NCBI RefSeq assembly: GCF_009914755.1
Contig: NC_060928.1
Reading direction: 5' to 3' (one strand)
Length of the DNA stretch: 64,000 nucleotides
DNA from: the human T2T-CHM13v2.0 reference genome, Homo sapiens
In this document: positions 1 through 10,816 of the stretch, piece after piece
Numbering within the stretch: the first letter of the stretch is position 1
Layout of the letters: every line of letters begins with the position of its first letter
Notes under the pieces: generated by a model
Told to the model about the DNA's origin: nothing
Database searches by the model: none
Seen by the model: only the letters and a program-made list of their open reading frames with translations
Program-made: the position numbers and the translations under genes

Positions 1-229
1 AGGTTTGAAACACTCATTCTGTAGTATCTGGAAGTGGACATTTCAAGCGCTTTCAGGCCTATGGTGAGAAAGGAAATATCTTCGAATAAAAACTAGACAG
101 AAGCATCCTCAGAAACTTATTTGTGATGTGTGTCCTCAACTAACAGAGTTGAAACTTTGTTTTGATACAGCATTTTGGAAACACTCTTTTTGTAGAATCT
201 GCAGGTGGATATTTGGATAGCTTAGAGGG

Positions 230-246
230 ATTCGTTGGAAAGGGGA
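230..246 (+). other. Degenerate CENP-B box, m1
   Basis: ATTCGTTGGAAAGGGGA: CGGG replaced by GGGG. Confidence 0.85.
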
Positions 247-399
247 TATCTTCATATAAAATCTAGACAGAAGCATTCTCAGAAACTTATTTGTGATGTG
301 TGTCCTCAACTAACAGAGTTGAACCTTGGTTTTGATACAGCATTTTGGAAACGCTCCTTTTGTAGAATCTGCAGGTGGATATGTGGATAGCTCTGAAGA

Positions 400-416
400 T
401 TTCGTTGGAAACGGGA
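400..416 (+). promoter_or_regulatory. CENP-B box (intact), m2; recurs in each HOR
   Basis: TTTCGTTGGAAACGGGA matches NTTCGNNNNANNCGGGN. Confidence 0.92.
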
Positions 417-569
417 ATTTCTTCATATAAAATCAAACAGAAGCATTCTCAGAAACTTCTCAGTGATGTTTGCATTCAGCTCATGGAGTTGAACACTTCC
501 TTTCATAGAGCCGGTTTGAAACACTCTTTCTGCACTACCTGGAAGAGGACATTTCGAGCGCTTTGAGTC

Positions 570-586
570 CTATGGTGAAAAAGGAA
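570..586 (+). promoter_or_regulatory. pJalpha (A-type) box, m3; the same motif is in m7, m14, m17, with variants in m5, m10, m12, m19
   Basis: CTATGGTGAAAAAGGAA at the position homologous to the CENP-B box. Confidence 0.75.
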
Positions 587-740
587 ATATCTTCTCATAA
601 AAACCAGAAAGAAGCATTCTCAGAAACTTCTTTGTGTTGTGTGTACTCATGTAACAGTGTTGAACCATCCTTTTGACAGAGCAGTTTTGAAACACTCTTT
701 TTGTAGAATCTGCAAGTGGATATTTGGATAGCTTTGAGGA

Positions 741-757
741 TTTCGTTGGAAACGGGA
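741..757 (+). promoter_or_regulatory. CENP-B box (intact), m4
   Basis: TTTCGTTGGAAACGGGA. Confidence 0.92.
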
Positions 758-1078
758 TGACATATAATATCTAGAGAGAAGCATTCTCAGGAACTTCTTT
801 GTGATGTTTGCATTCAAGTCACAGAATTGAACATTCCCTTTCATAGAGCAGGTTTGAAACACTCTTTCTCTAGTATCTGGAAGTGGGCATTTCAAGCGCT
901 TTCAGGCCTATGGAGAGAAAGGAAATACCTTCAAATAAAAACTAGACAGAAGCATTCTCAGAAACTTATTTGTGATGTGTGTCCTCAACTAACAGAGTTG
1001 AACCTTTGTTTTGATACAGCATTTTGGAAACACTCCTTTTGTAGAATCTGCAGGTGGATATTTGGATAACTTTGAAGA

Positions 1079-1095
1079 TTTCGTTGGAAACCGGA
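1079..1095 (+). other. Degenerate CENP-B box, m6
   Basis: TTTCGTTGGAAACCGGA: CGGG replaced by CCGG. Confidence 0.85.
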
Positions 1096-1421
1096 ATATC
1101 TTCATATAAAATCAAGACAGAAGCATTCTCGGAAACATCTCTGTGATGTTTGCATTCAACTCAGTAGAGTTGAACACTTCCTTTCATAGAGCAGGTTTGA
1201 AACACTCTTTCTGCACTACCTGGAAGCGGACATTTCGAGCGCTTTGAGGCCTATGGTGAAAAAGGAAATATCTTCTCATAAAAACCAGAAAGAAGCATTC
1301 TCAGAAACTTCTTTGTGTTGTGTGTACTCAAGTAACAGTGTTGAACCTTCCTTTTGACACAGCAGTTTTGAAACACTCTTTTGGTAGAATCTGCAAGTGG
1401 ATATTTGGATAGCTTTGAGGA

Positions 1422-1438
1422 TTTCGTTGGAAACGGGT
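1422..1438 (+). promoter_or_regulatory. CENP-B box (intact core), m8
   Basis: TTTCGTTGGAAACGGGT; all 9 essential bases present. Confidence 0.88.
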
Positions 1439-1591
1439 TATCTTCATATAAAATCCAGACAGGAGCATTCTCAGAAACTTCTTTGTGCTGCATGTCCTCA
1501 ATTCACAGAGCTGAACCTTTGTTTGGATACAGCATTTTGGAAACATTCCTTTAGTAGAATCTGCAAGTTGATATTTAGATAGCTTTGAAGA

Positions 1592-1608
1592 TTTCGTTGG
1601 AAACGGGA
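1592..1608 (+). promoter_or_regulatory. CENP-B box (intact), m9
   Basis: TTTCGTTGGAAACGGGA. Confidence 0.92.
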
Positions 1609-1931
1609 ATATCTTCATAGAAAATCTAGACGGAAGCATTCTCAGAAACTGCTTTGTGATGTTTGCATTCAAGTCACAGAGTTGAATATTCCCTTTTATA
1701 GAGTAGGTTTGAAACACTCTTTCGGCACTACCTGGAAGTGGATATTTCGAGCTCTTTGAGGCCTATGGTTAAAAGGAAATATCTTCCCATAAAAACTAGA
1801 CAGAAGCCGTCTCAGAAACTTGTTTGTGATGTGTGTATTCAACTACCAGAGTTGAACATTTCTGTTACAGAGCAATTTTAAAACACTCTTTTTGTGGAAT
1901 CTGAAAGTGGATAATTGGATAGCTTTGTGGA

Positions 1932-1948
1932 TTTCGTTGGAAACGGGA
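1932..1948 (+). promoter_or_regulatory. CENP-B box (intact), m11
   Basis: TTTCGTTGGAAACGGGA. Confidence 0.92.
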
Positions 1949-2269
1949 TGACGTATAAAATCTAGAGAGAAGCATTCTCAGGAACTTCTTTCTGATGTTT
2001 GCATTCAAGTCACAGAATTGAACATTCCTTTTCATAGTGCAGGTTTGAAACACTCTTTCTGTAGTATCTGGAAGTGGACATTTCAAGCGCTTTCAGGCCT
2101 ACGGGGAGAAAGGAAATATCTTCAAATAAAAACTAGACAGAAGGATTCTCAGAAACTTATTTGTGATGTGTGTCCTAAACGAACACAGTTGAACCTTTGT
2201 TTTGATACAGCATTTTGGAAACACTCCTTTTGTAGGATCTGCAGGTGGATATTTGGATAGATTTTAAGA

Positions 2270-2286
2270 TTTCGTTGGAAACGGGA
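2270..2286 (+). promoter_or_regulatory. CENP-B box (intact), m13
   Basis: TTTCGTTGGAAACGGGA. Confidence 0.92.
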
Positions 2287-2611
2287 GTTTCTTCATAGAA
2301 ACTCAAGACAGATGCATTCTCAGAAACATCTCTGTGATGTTTGCATTCCACTCATAGAGTTGAAAACTTCCTTTCATAGAGCAGGTTTGAAACACTCTTT
2401 TTGTAATATTTGGAAGTGGACATTTGCAGCGCTTTGAGGCCTATGGTGAAAAAGGAAATATCTTCTCATAAAAACCAGAAACAAGCATTCTCAGAAACTT
2501 CTTTTTGATGTGTGTACTCAAGTAACAGAGTTGAACCTTCCTTTTGACACAGCAGTTTTGAAACAATCTTTTTGTAGAATCTGCAAGTGGATATTTGGAT
2601 AGCTTTGAGGA

Positions 2612-2628
2612 TTTCGTTGGAAACGGGA
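2612..2628 (+). promoter_or_regulatory. CENP-B box (intact), m15
   Basis: TTTCGTTGGAAACGGGA. Confidence 0.92.
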
Positions 2629-2781
2629 TATCTTCATATAAAATCTAGACAGAAGCATTCTCAGAAACTTCTTTGTGCTGTATGTCCTCAATTAACAGAG
2701 TTGAACCATTGCTTGGATACAGCATTTTGGAAACATTCCTTGAGTAGAATCTGCAAGTTGATATTTAGATAGATTTGAAGA

Positions 2782-2798
2782 TTTCGTTGGAAAAGGGA
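2782..2798 (+). other. Degenerate CENP-B box, m16
   Basis: TTTCGTTGGAAAAGGGA: CGGG replaced by AGGG. Confidence 0.85.
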
Positions 2799-3123
2799 AT
2801 ATCTCCATATAAAATCTAGAGGGAAGCATTCTCAGAAACTGCTTTGTGATGTTTCCATTCAAGTCACAGAGTTGAATATTCCCTTTTATAGAGCACGTTT
2901 GAAACACTCTTTCTGCACTATCTGGAAGTGGACATTTCGAGCGCTTTGAGGCCTATGGTGAAAAAGGAAATATCTTCCCATAAAAACTAGACAGAAGCAT
3001 TCTCAGAAACTTGTTTGTGATGTGTGTATTCAACTAACAGAGTTGAACTTTTGTTTTTACAGAGCCGTTTTAAAACACTCTTTTTGTGGAATCAGAAAGT
3101 GGATATTCGGATGGCTCTGAGGA

Positions 3124-3140
3124 TTTCGTTGGAAGCGGGA
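3124..3140 (+). promoter_or_regulatory. CENP-B box (intact core), m18
   Basis: TTTCGTTGGAAGCGGGA; the variant base is at a degenerate position. Confidence 0.88.
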
Positions 3141-3335
3141 TTACATATAAAATCTAGAGAGAAGCATTCTCAGGAACTTCTTTGTGATGTTTGCATTGAA
3201 GTCACAGAATTGAACATTCACTTTGATAGAGCAGGTTTGAAACACTCATTCTGTAGTATCTGGAAGTGGACATTTCAAGCGCTTTCAGGCCTATGGTGAG
3301 AAAGGAAATATCTTCGAATAAAAACTAGACAGAAG

Positions 3336-6300
3336 CATCCTCAGAAACTTATTTGTGATGTGTGTCCTCAACTAACAGAGTTGAAACTTTGTTTTGATAC
3401 AGCATTTTGGAAACACTCTTTTTGTAGAATCTGCAGGTGGATATTTGGATAGCTTAGAGGGATTCGTTGGAAAGGGGATATCTTCATATAAAATCTAGAC
3501 AGAAGCATTCTCAGAAACTTATTTGTGATGTGTGTCCTCAACTAACAGAGTTGAACCTTGGTTTTGATACAGCATTTTGGAAACGCTCCTTTTGTAGAAT
3601 CTGCAGGTGGATATGTGGATAGCTCTGAAGATTTCGTTGGAAACGGGAATTTCTTCATATAAAATCAAACAGAAGCATTCTCAGAAACTTCTCAGTGATG
3701 TTTGCATTCAGCTCATGGAGTTGAACACTTCCTTTCATAGAGCCGGTTTGAAACACTCTTTCTGCACTACCTGGAAGAGGACATTTCGAGCGCTTTGAGT
3801 CCTATGGTGAAAAAGGAAATATCTTCTCATAAAAACCAGAAAGAAGCATTCTCAGAAACTTCTTTGTGTTGTGTGTACTCATGTAACAGTGTTGAACCAT
3901 CCTTTTGACAGAGCAGTTTTGAAACACTCTTTTTGTAGAATCTGCAAGTGGATATTTGGATAGCTTTGAGGATTTCGTTGGAAACGGGATGACATATAAT
4001 ATCTAGAGAGAAGCATTCTCAGGAACTTCTTTGTGATGTTTGCATTCAAGTCACAGAATTGAACATTCCCTTTCATAGAGCAGGTTTGAAACACTCTTTC
4101 TCTAGTATCTGGAAGTGGGCATTTCAAGCGCTTTCAGGCCTATGGAGAGAAAGGAAATACCTTCAAATAAAAACTAGACAGAAGCATTCTCAGAAACTTA
4201 TTTGTGATGTGTGTCCTCAACTAACAGAGTTGAACCTTTGTTTTGATACAGCATTTTGGAAACACTCCTTTTGTAGAATCTGCAGGTGGATATTTGGATA
4301 ACTTTGAAGATTTCGTTGGAAACCGGAATATCTTCATATAAAATCAAGACAGAAGCATTCTCGGAAACATCTCTGTGATGTTTGCATTCAACTCAGTAGA
4401 GTTGAACACTTCCTTTCATAGAGCAGGTTTGAAACACTCTTTCTGCACTACCTGGAAGCGGACATTTCGAGCGCTTTGAGGCCTATGGTGAAAAAGGAAA
4501 TATCTTCTCATAAAAACCAGAAAGAAGCATTCTCAGAAACTTCTTTGTGTTGTGTGTACTCAAGTAACAGTGTTGAACCTTCCTGTTGACACAGCAGTTT
4601 TGAAACACTCTTTTGGTAGAATCTGCAAGTGGATATTTGGATAGCTTTGAGGATTTCGTTGGAAACGGGTTATCTTCATATAAAATCCAGACAGGAGCAT
4701 TCTCAGAAACTTCTTTGTGCTGCATGTCCTCAATTCACAGAGCTGAACCTTTGTTTGGATACAGCATTTTGGAAACATTCCTTTAGTAGAATCTGCAAGT
4801 TGATATTTAGATAGCTTTGAAGATTTCGTTGGAAACGGGAATATCTTCATAGAAAATCTAGACGGAAGCATTCTCAGAAACTGCTTTGTGATGTTTGCAT
4901 TCAAGTCACAGAGTTGAATATTCCCTTTTATAGAGTAGGTTTGAAACACTCTTTCGGCACTACCTGGAAGTGGATATTTCGAGCTCTTTGAGGCCTATGG
5001 TTAAAAGGAAATATCTTCCCATAAAAACTAGACAGAAGCCGTCTCAGAAACTTGTTTGTGATGTGTGTATTCAACTAACAGAGTTGAACATTTCTGTTAC
5101 AGAGCAATTTTAAAACACTCTTTTTGTGGAATCTGAAAGTGGATAATTGGATAGCTTTGTGGATTTCGTTGGAAACGGGATGACGTATAAAATCTAGAGA
5201 GAAGCATTCTCAGGAACTTCTTTGTGATGTTTGCATTCAAGTCACAGAATTGAACATTCCTTTTCATAGTGCAGGTTTGAAACACTCTTTCTGTAGTATC
5301 TGGAAGTGGACATTTCAAGCGCTTTCAGGCCTACGGGGAGAAAGGAAATATCTTCAAATAAAAACTAGACAGAAGGATTCTCAGAAACTTATTTGTGATG
5401 TGTGTCCTAAACGAACACAGTTGAACCTTTGTTTAGATACAGCATTTTGGAAACACTCCTTTTGTAGGATCTGCAGGTGGATATTTGGATAGATTTTAAG
5501 ATTTCGTTGGAAACGGGAGTTTCTTCATAGAAACTCAAGACAGATGCATTCTCAGAAACATCTCTGTGATGTTTGCATTCCACTCATAGAGTTGAAAACT
5601 TCCTTTCATAGAGCAGGTTTGAAACACTCTTTTTGTAATATTTGGAAGTGGACATTTGCAGCGCTTTGAGGCCTATGGTGAAAAAGGAAATATCTTCTCA
5701 TAAAAACCAGAAACAAGCATTCTCAGAAACTTCTTTTTGATGTGTGTACTCAAGTAACAGAGTTGAACCTTCCTTTTGACACAGCAGTTTTGAAACAATC
5801 TTTTTGTAGAATCTGCAAGTGGATATTTGGATAGCTTTGAGGATTTCGTTGGAAACGGGATATCTTCATATAAAATCTAGACAGAAGCATTCTCAGAAAC
5901 TTCTTTGTGCTGTATGTCCTCAATTAACAGAGTTGAACCATTGCTTGGATACAGCATTTTGGAAACATTCCTTGAGTAGAATCTGCAAGTTGATATTTAG
6001 ATAGATTTGAAGATTTCGTTGGAAAAGGGAATATCTCCATATAAAATCTAGACGGAAGCATTCTCAGAAACTGCTTTGTGATGTTTCCATTCAAGTCACA
6101 GAGTTGAATATTCCCTTTTATAGAGCACGTTTGAAACACTCTTTCTGCACTATCTGGAAGTGGACATTTCGAGCGCTTTGAGGCCTATGGTGAAAAAGGA
6201 AATATCTTCCCATAAAAATTAGACAGAAGCATTCTCAGAAACTTGTTTGTGATGTGTGTATTCAACTAACAGAGTTGAACTTTTGTTTTTACAGAGCCGT

Positions 6301-6567
6301 TTTAAAACACTCTTTTTGTGGAATCAGAAAGTGGATATTCGGATGGCTCTGAGGATTTCGTTGGAAGCGGGATTACATATAAAATCTAGAGAGAAGCATT
6401 CTCAGGAACTTCTTTGTGATGTTTGCATTGAAGTCACAGAATTGAACATTCACTTTGATAGAGCAGGTTTGAAACACTCATTCTGTAGTATCTGGAAGTG
6501 GACATTTCAAGCGCTTTCAGGCCTATGGTGAAAAAGGAAATATCTTCGAATAAAAACTAGACAGAAG
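3336..6567 (+). repeat. 19-mer HOR copy H2 (followed by 6-mer)
   Basis: Exact +3232 offset from H1 (ORF 375 recurs at 3607). Confidence 0.95.
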
Positions 6568-7584
6568 CATCCTCAGAAACTTATTTGTGATGTGTGTCCT
6601 CAACTAACAGAGTTGAAACTTTGTTTTGATACAGCATTTTGGAAACACTCCTTTTGTAGAATCTGCAGGTGGATATGTGGATAGCTCTGAAGATTTCGTT
6701 GGAAACGGGAATTTCTTCATATAAAATCAAACAGAAGCATTCTCAGAAACTTCTCAGTGATGTTTGCATTCAGCTCATGGAGTTGAACACTTCCTTTCAT
6801 AGAGCCGGTTTGAAACACTCTTTCTGCACTACCTGGAAGAGGCCATTTCGAGCGCTTTGAGTCCTATGGTGAAAAAGGAAATATCTTCTCATAAAAACCA
6901 GAAAGAAGCATTCTCAGAAACTTCTTTGTGTTGTGTATACTCATGTAACAGTGTTGAACCATCCTTTTGACAGAGCAGTTTTGAAACACTCTTTTTGTAG
7001 AATCTGCAAGTGGATATTTGGATAGCTTTGAGGATTTCGTTGGAAACGGGATGACATATAATATCTAGAGAGAAGCATTCTCAGGAACTTCTTTGTGCTG
7101 TTTGCATTCAAGTCACAGAATTGAACATTCCCTTTCATAGAGCAGATTTGAAACACTCTTTCTCTAGTATCTGGAAGTGGGCATTTCAAGCGCTTTCAGG
7201 CCTATTGAGAGAAAGGAAATACCTTCAAATAAAAACTAGACAGAAGCATTCTCAGAAACTTGTTTGTGATGTGTGTATTCAACTAACAGAGTTGAACTTT
7301 TGTTTTTACAGAGCCGTTTTAAAACACTCTTTTTGTGGAATCAGAAAGTGGATATTCGGATGGCTCTGAGGATTTCGTTGGAAGCGGGATTACATATAAA
7401 ATCTAGAGAGAAGCATTCTCAGGAACTTCTTTGTGATGTTTGCATTGAAGTCACAGAATTGAACATTCACTTTGATAGAGCAGGTTTGAAACACTCATTC
7501 TGTAGTATCTGGAAGTGGACATTTCAAGCGCTTTCAGGCCTATGGTGAGAAAGGAAATATCTTCGAATAAAAACTAGACAGAAG
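6568..7584 (+). repeat. 6-mer HOR structural variant S1 (1017 bp): m1/m2 hybrid, m3, m4, m5, m18, m19
   Basis: m18 marker ORF (MYSTNR...) at 6256 recurs at 7273 (+1017); 170+171+167+171+167+171=1017. Confidence 0.93.
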
Positions 7585-10500
7585 CATCCTCAGAAACTTA
7601 TTTGTGATGTGTGTCCTCAACTAACAGAGTTGAAACTTTGTTTTGATACAGCATTTTGGAAACACTCTTTTTGTAGAATCTGCAGGTGGATATTTGGATA
7701 GCTTAGAGGGATTCGTTGGAAAGGGGATATCTTCATATAAAATCTAGACAGAAGCATTCTCAGAAACTTATTTGTGATGTGTGTCCTCAACTAACAGAGT
7801 TGAACCTTGGTTTTGATACAGCATTTTGGAAACACTCCTTTTGTAGAATCTGCAGGTGGATATGTGGATAGCTCTGAAGATTTCGTTGGAAACGGGAATT
7901 TCTTCATATAAAATCAAACAGAAGCATTCTCAGAAACTTCTCAGTGATGTTTGCATTCAGCTCATGGAGTTGAACACTTCCTTTCATAGAGCCGGTTTGA
8001 AACACTCTTTCTGCACTACCTGGAAGAGGACATTTCGAGCGCTTTGAGTCCTATGGTGAAAAAGGAAATATCTTCTCATAAAAACCAGAAAGAAGCATTC
8101 TCAGAAACTTCTTTGTGTTGTGTGTACTCATGTAACAGTGTTGAACCATCCTTTTGACAGAGCAGTTTTGAAACACTCTTTTTGTAGAATCTGCAAGTGG
8201 ATATTTGGATAGCTTTGAGGATTTCGTTGGAAACGGGATGACATATAATATCTAGAGAGAAGCATTCTCAGGAACTTCTTTGTGATGTTTGCATTCAAGT
8301 CACAGAATTGAACATTCCCTTTCATAGAGCAGGTTTGAAACACTCTTTCTCTAGTATCTGGAAGTGGGCATTTCAAGCGCTTTCAGGCCTATGGAGAGAA
8401 AGGAAATACCTTCAAATAAAAACTAGACAGAAGCATTCTCAGAAACTTATTTGTGATGTGTGTCCTCAACTAACAGAGTTGAACCTTTGTTTTGATACAG
8501 CATTTTGGAAACACTCCTTTTGTAGAATCTGCAGGTGGATATTTGGATAACTTTGAAGATTTCGTTGGAAACCGGAATATCTTCATATAAAATCAAGACA
8601 GAAGCATTCTCGGAAACATCTCTGTGATGTTTGCATTCAACTCAGTAGAGTTGAACACTTCCTTTCATAGAGCAGGTTTGAAACACTCTTTCTGCACTAC
8701 CTGGAAGCGGACATTTCGAGCGCTTTGAGGCCTATGGTGAAAAAGGAAATATCTTCTCATAAAAACCAGAAAGAAGCATTCTCAGAAACTTCTTTGTGTT
8801 GTGTGTACTCAAGTAACAGTGTTGAACCTTCCTGTTGACACAGCAGTTTTGAAACACTCTTTTGGTAGAATCTGCAAGTGGATATTTGGATAGGTTTGAG
8901 GATTTCGTTGGAAACGGGTTATCTTCATATAAAATCCAGACAGGAGCATTCTCAGAAACTTCTTTGTGCTGCATGTCCTCAATTCACAGAGCTGAACCTT
9001 TGTTTGGATACAGCATTTTGGAAACATTCCTTTAGTAGAATCTGCAAGTTGATATTTAGATAGCTTTGAAGATTTCGTTGGAAACGGGAATATCTTCATA
9101 GAAAATCTAGACGGAAGCATTCTCAGAAACTGCTTTGTGATGTTTGCATTCAAGTCACAGAGTTGAATATTCCCTTTTATAGAGTAGGTTTGAAACACTC
9201 TTTCGGCACTACCTGGAAGTGGATATTTCGAGCTCTTTGAGGCCTATGGTTAAAAGGAAATATCTTCCCATAAAAACTAGACAGAAGCCGTCTCAGAAAC
9301 TTGTTTGTGATGTGTGTATTCAACTAACAGAGTTGAACATTTCTGTTACAGAGCAATTTTAAAACACTCTTTTTGTGGAATCTGAAAGTGGATAATTGGA
9401 TAGCTTTGTGGATTTCGTTGGAAACGGGATGACGTATAAAATCTAGAGAGAAGCATTCTCAGGAACTTCTTTCTGATGTTTGCATTCAAGTCACAGAATT
9501 GAACATTCCTTTTCATAGTGCAGGTTTGAAACACTCTTTCTGTAGTATCTGGAAGTGGACATTTCAAGCGCTTTCAGGCCTACGGGGAGAAAGGAAATAT
9601 CTTCAAATAAAAACTAGACAGAAGGATTCTCAGAAACTTATTTGTGATGTGTGTCCTAAACGAACACAGTTGAACCTTTGTTTAGATACAGCATTTTGGA
9701 AACACTCCTTTTGTAGGATCTGCAGGTGGATATTTGGATAGATTTTAAGATTTCGTTGGAAACGGGAGTTTCTTCATAGAAACTCAAGACAGATGCATTC
9801 TCAGAAACATCTCTGTGATGTTTGCATTCCACTCATAGAGTTGAAAACTTCCTTTCATAGAGCAGGTTTGAAACACTCTTTTTGTAATATTTGGAAGTGG
9901 ACATTTGCAGCGCTTTGAGGCCTATGGTGAAAAAGGAAATATCTTCTCATAAAAACCAGAAACAAGCATTCTCAGAAACTTCTTTTTGATGTGTGTACTC
10001 AAGTAACAGAGTTGAACCTTCCTTTTGACACAGCAGTTTTGAAACAATCTTTTTGTAGAATCTGCAAGTGGATATTTGGATAGCTTTGAGGATTTCGTTG
10101 GAAACGGGATATCTTCATATAAAATCTAGACAGAAGCATTCTCAGAAACTTCTTTGTGCTGTATGTCCTCAATTAACAGAGTTGAACCATTGCTTGGATA
10201 CAGCATTTTGGAAACATTCCTTTAGTAGAATCTGCAAGTTGATATTTAGATAGATTTGGAGATTTCGTTGGAAAAGGGAATATCTCCATATAAAATCTAG
10301 ACGGAAGCATTCTCAGAAACTGCTTTGTGATGTTTCCATTCAAGTCACAGAGTTGAATATTCCCTTTTATAGAGCACGTTTGAAACACTCTTTCTGCACT
10401 ATCTGGAAGTGGACATTTCGAGCGCTTTGAGGCCTATGGTGAAAAAGGAAATATCTTCCCATAAAAATTAGACAGAAGCATTCTCAGAAACTTGTTTGTG

Positions 10501-10816
10501 ATGTGTGTATTCAACTAACAGAGTTGAACTTTTGTTTTTACAGAGCCGTTTTAAAACACTCTTTTTGTGGAATCAGAAAGTGGATATTCGGATGGCTCTG
10601 AGGATTTCGTTGGAAGCGGGATTACATATAAAATCTAGAGAGAAGCATTCTCAGGAACTTCTTTGTGATGTTTGCATTGAAGTCACAGAATTGAACATTC
10701 ACTTTGATAGAGCAGGTTTGAAACACTCATTCTGTAGTATCTGGAAGTGGACATTTCAAGCGCTTTCAGGCCTATGGTGACAAAGGAAATATCTTCGAAT
10801 AAAAACTAGACAGAAG
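7585..10816 (+). repeat. 19-mer HOR copy H3
   Basis: 3232-bp period; markers TAGGTTTGAG (~8894) and GATTTGGAGA (~10259). Confidence 0.95.

Larger units (their letters stand above)
104..3335 (+). repeat. 19-mer HOR copy H1 (3232 bp), used as reference unit
   Basis: Monomer starts m1-m19: 104,274,444,615,782,953,1124,1296,1466,1637,1807,1973,2144,2315,2486,2656,2827,2998,3165; lengths sum to 3232. Box types B,B,A,B,A,B,A,B,B,A,B,A,B,A,B,B,A,B,A. Confidence 0.95.

Noticed and set aside
421-440. TATA-like (CATATAAAA) and AATAAA motifs as promoter or polyadenylation signals
   Set aside because: These are standard parts of AT-rich alphoid monomers repeated hundreds of times; sequence alone does not support function.
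1328-1717. Longest ORF (129 aa, minus strand), conserved in all 19-mers
   Set aside because: Conservation reflects array homogenisation. Internal peptide repeats mirror the 171-bp (57-codon) monomer, and there is no evidence of coding constraint.
104-3335. CRISPR-like look: a conserved motif (AGAAGCATTCTCAGAAACT) recurring with variable intervening sequence
   Set aside because: The intervening ~150 bp are homologous to each other rather than unique spacers, the period is ~171 bp, and there are no cas genes.
6568-7584. The 1017-bp unit as a mobile-element insertion
   Set aside because: It consists entirely of HOR monomers in native order and orientation, with no terminal repeats, target-site duplication or poly-A.
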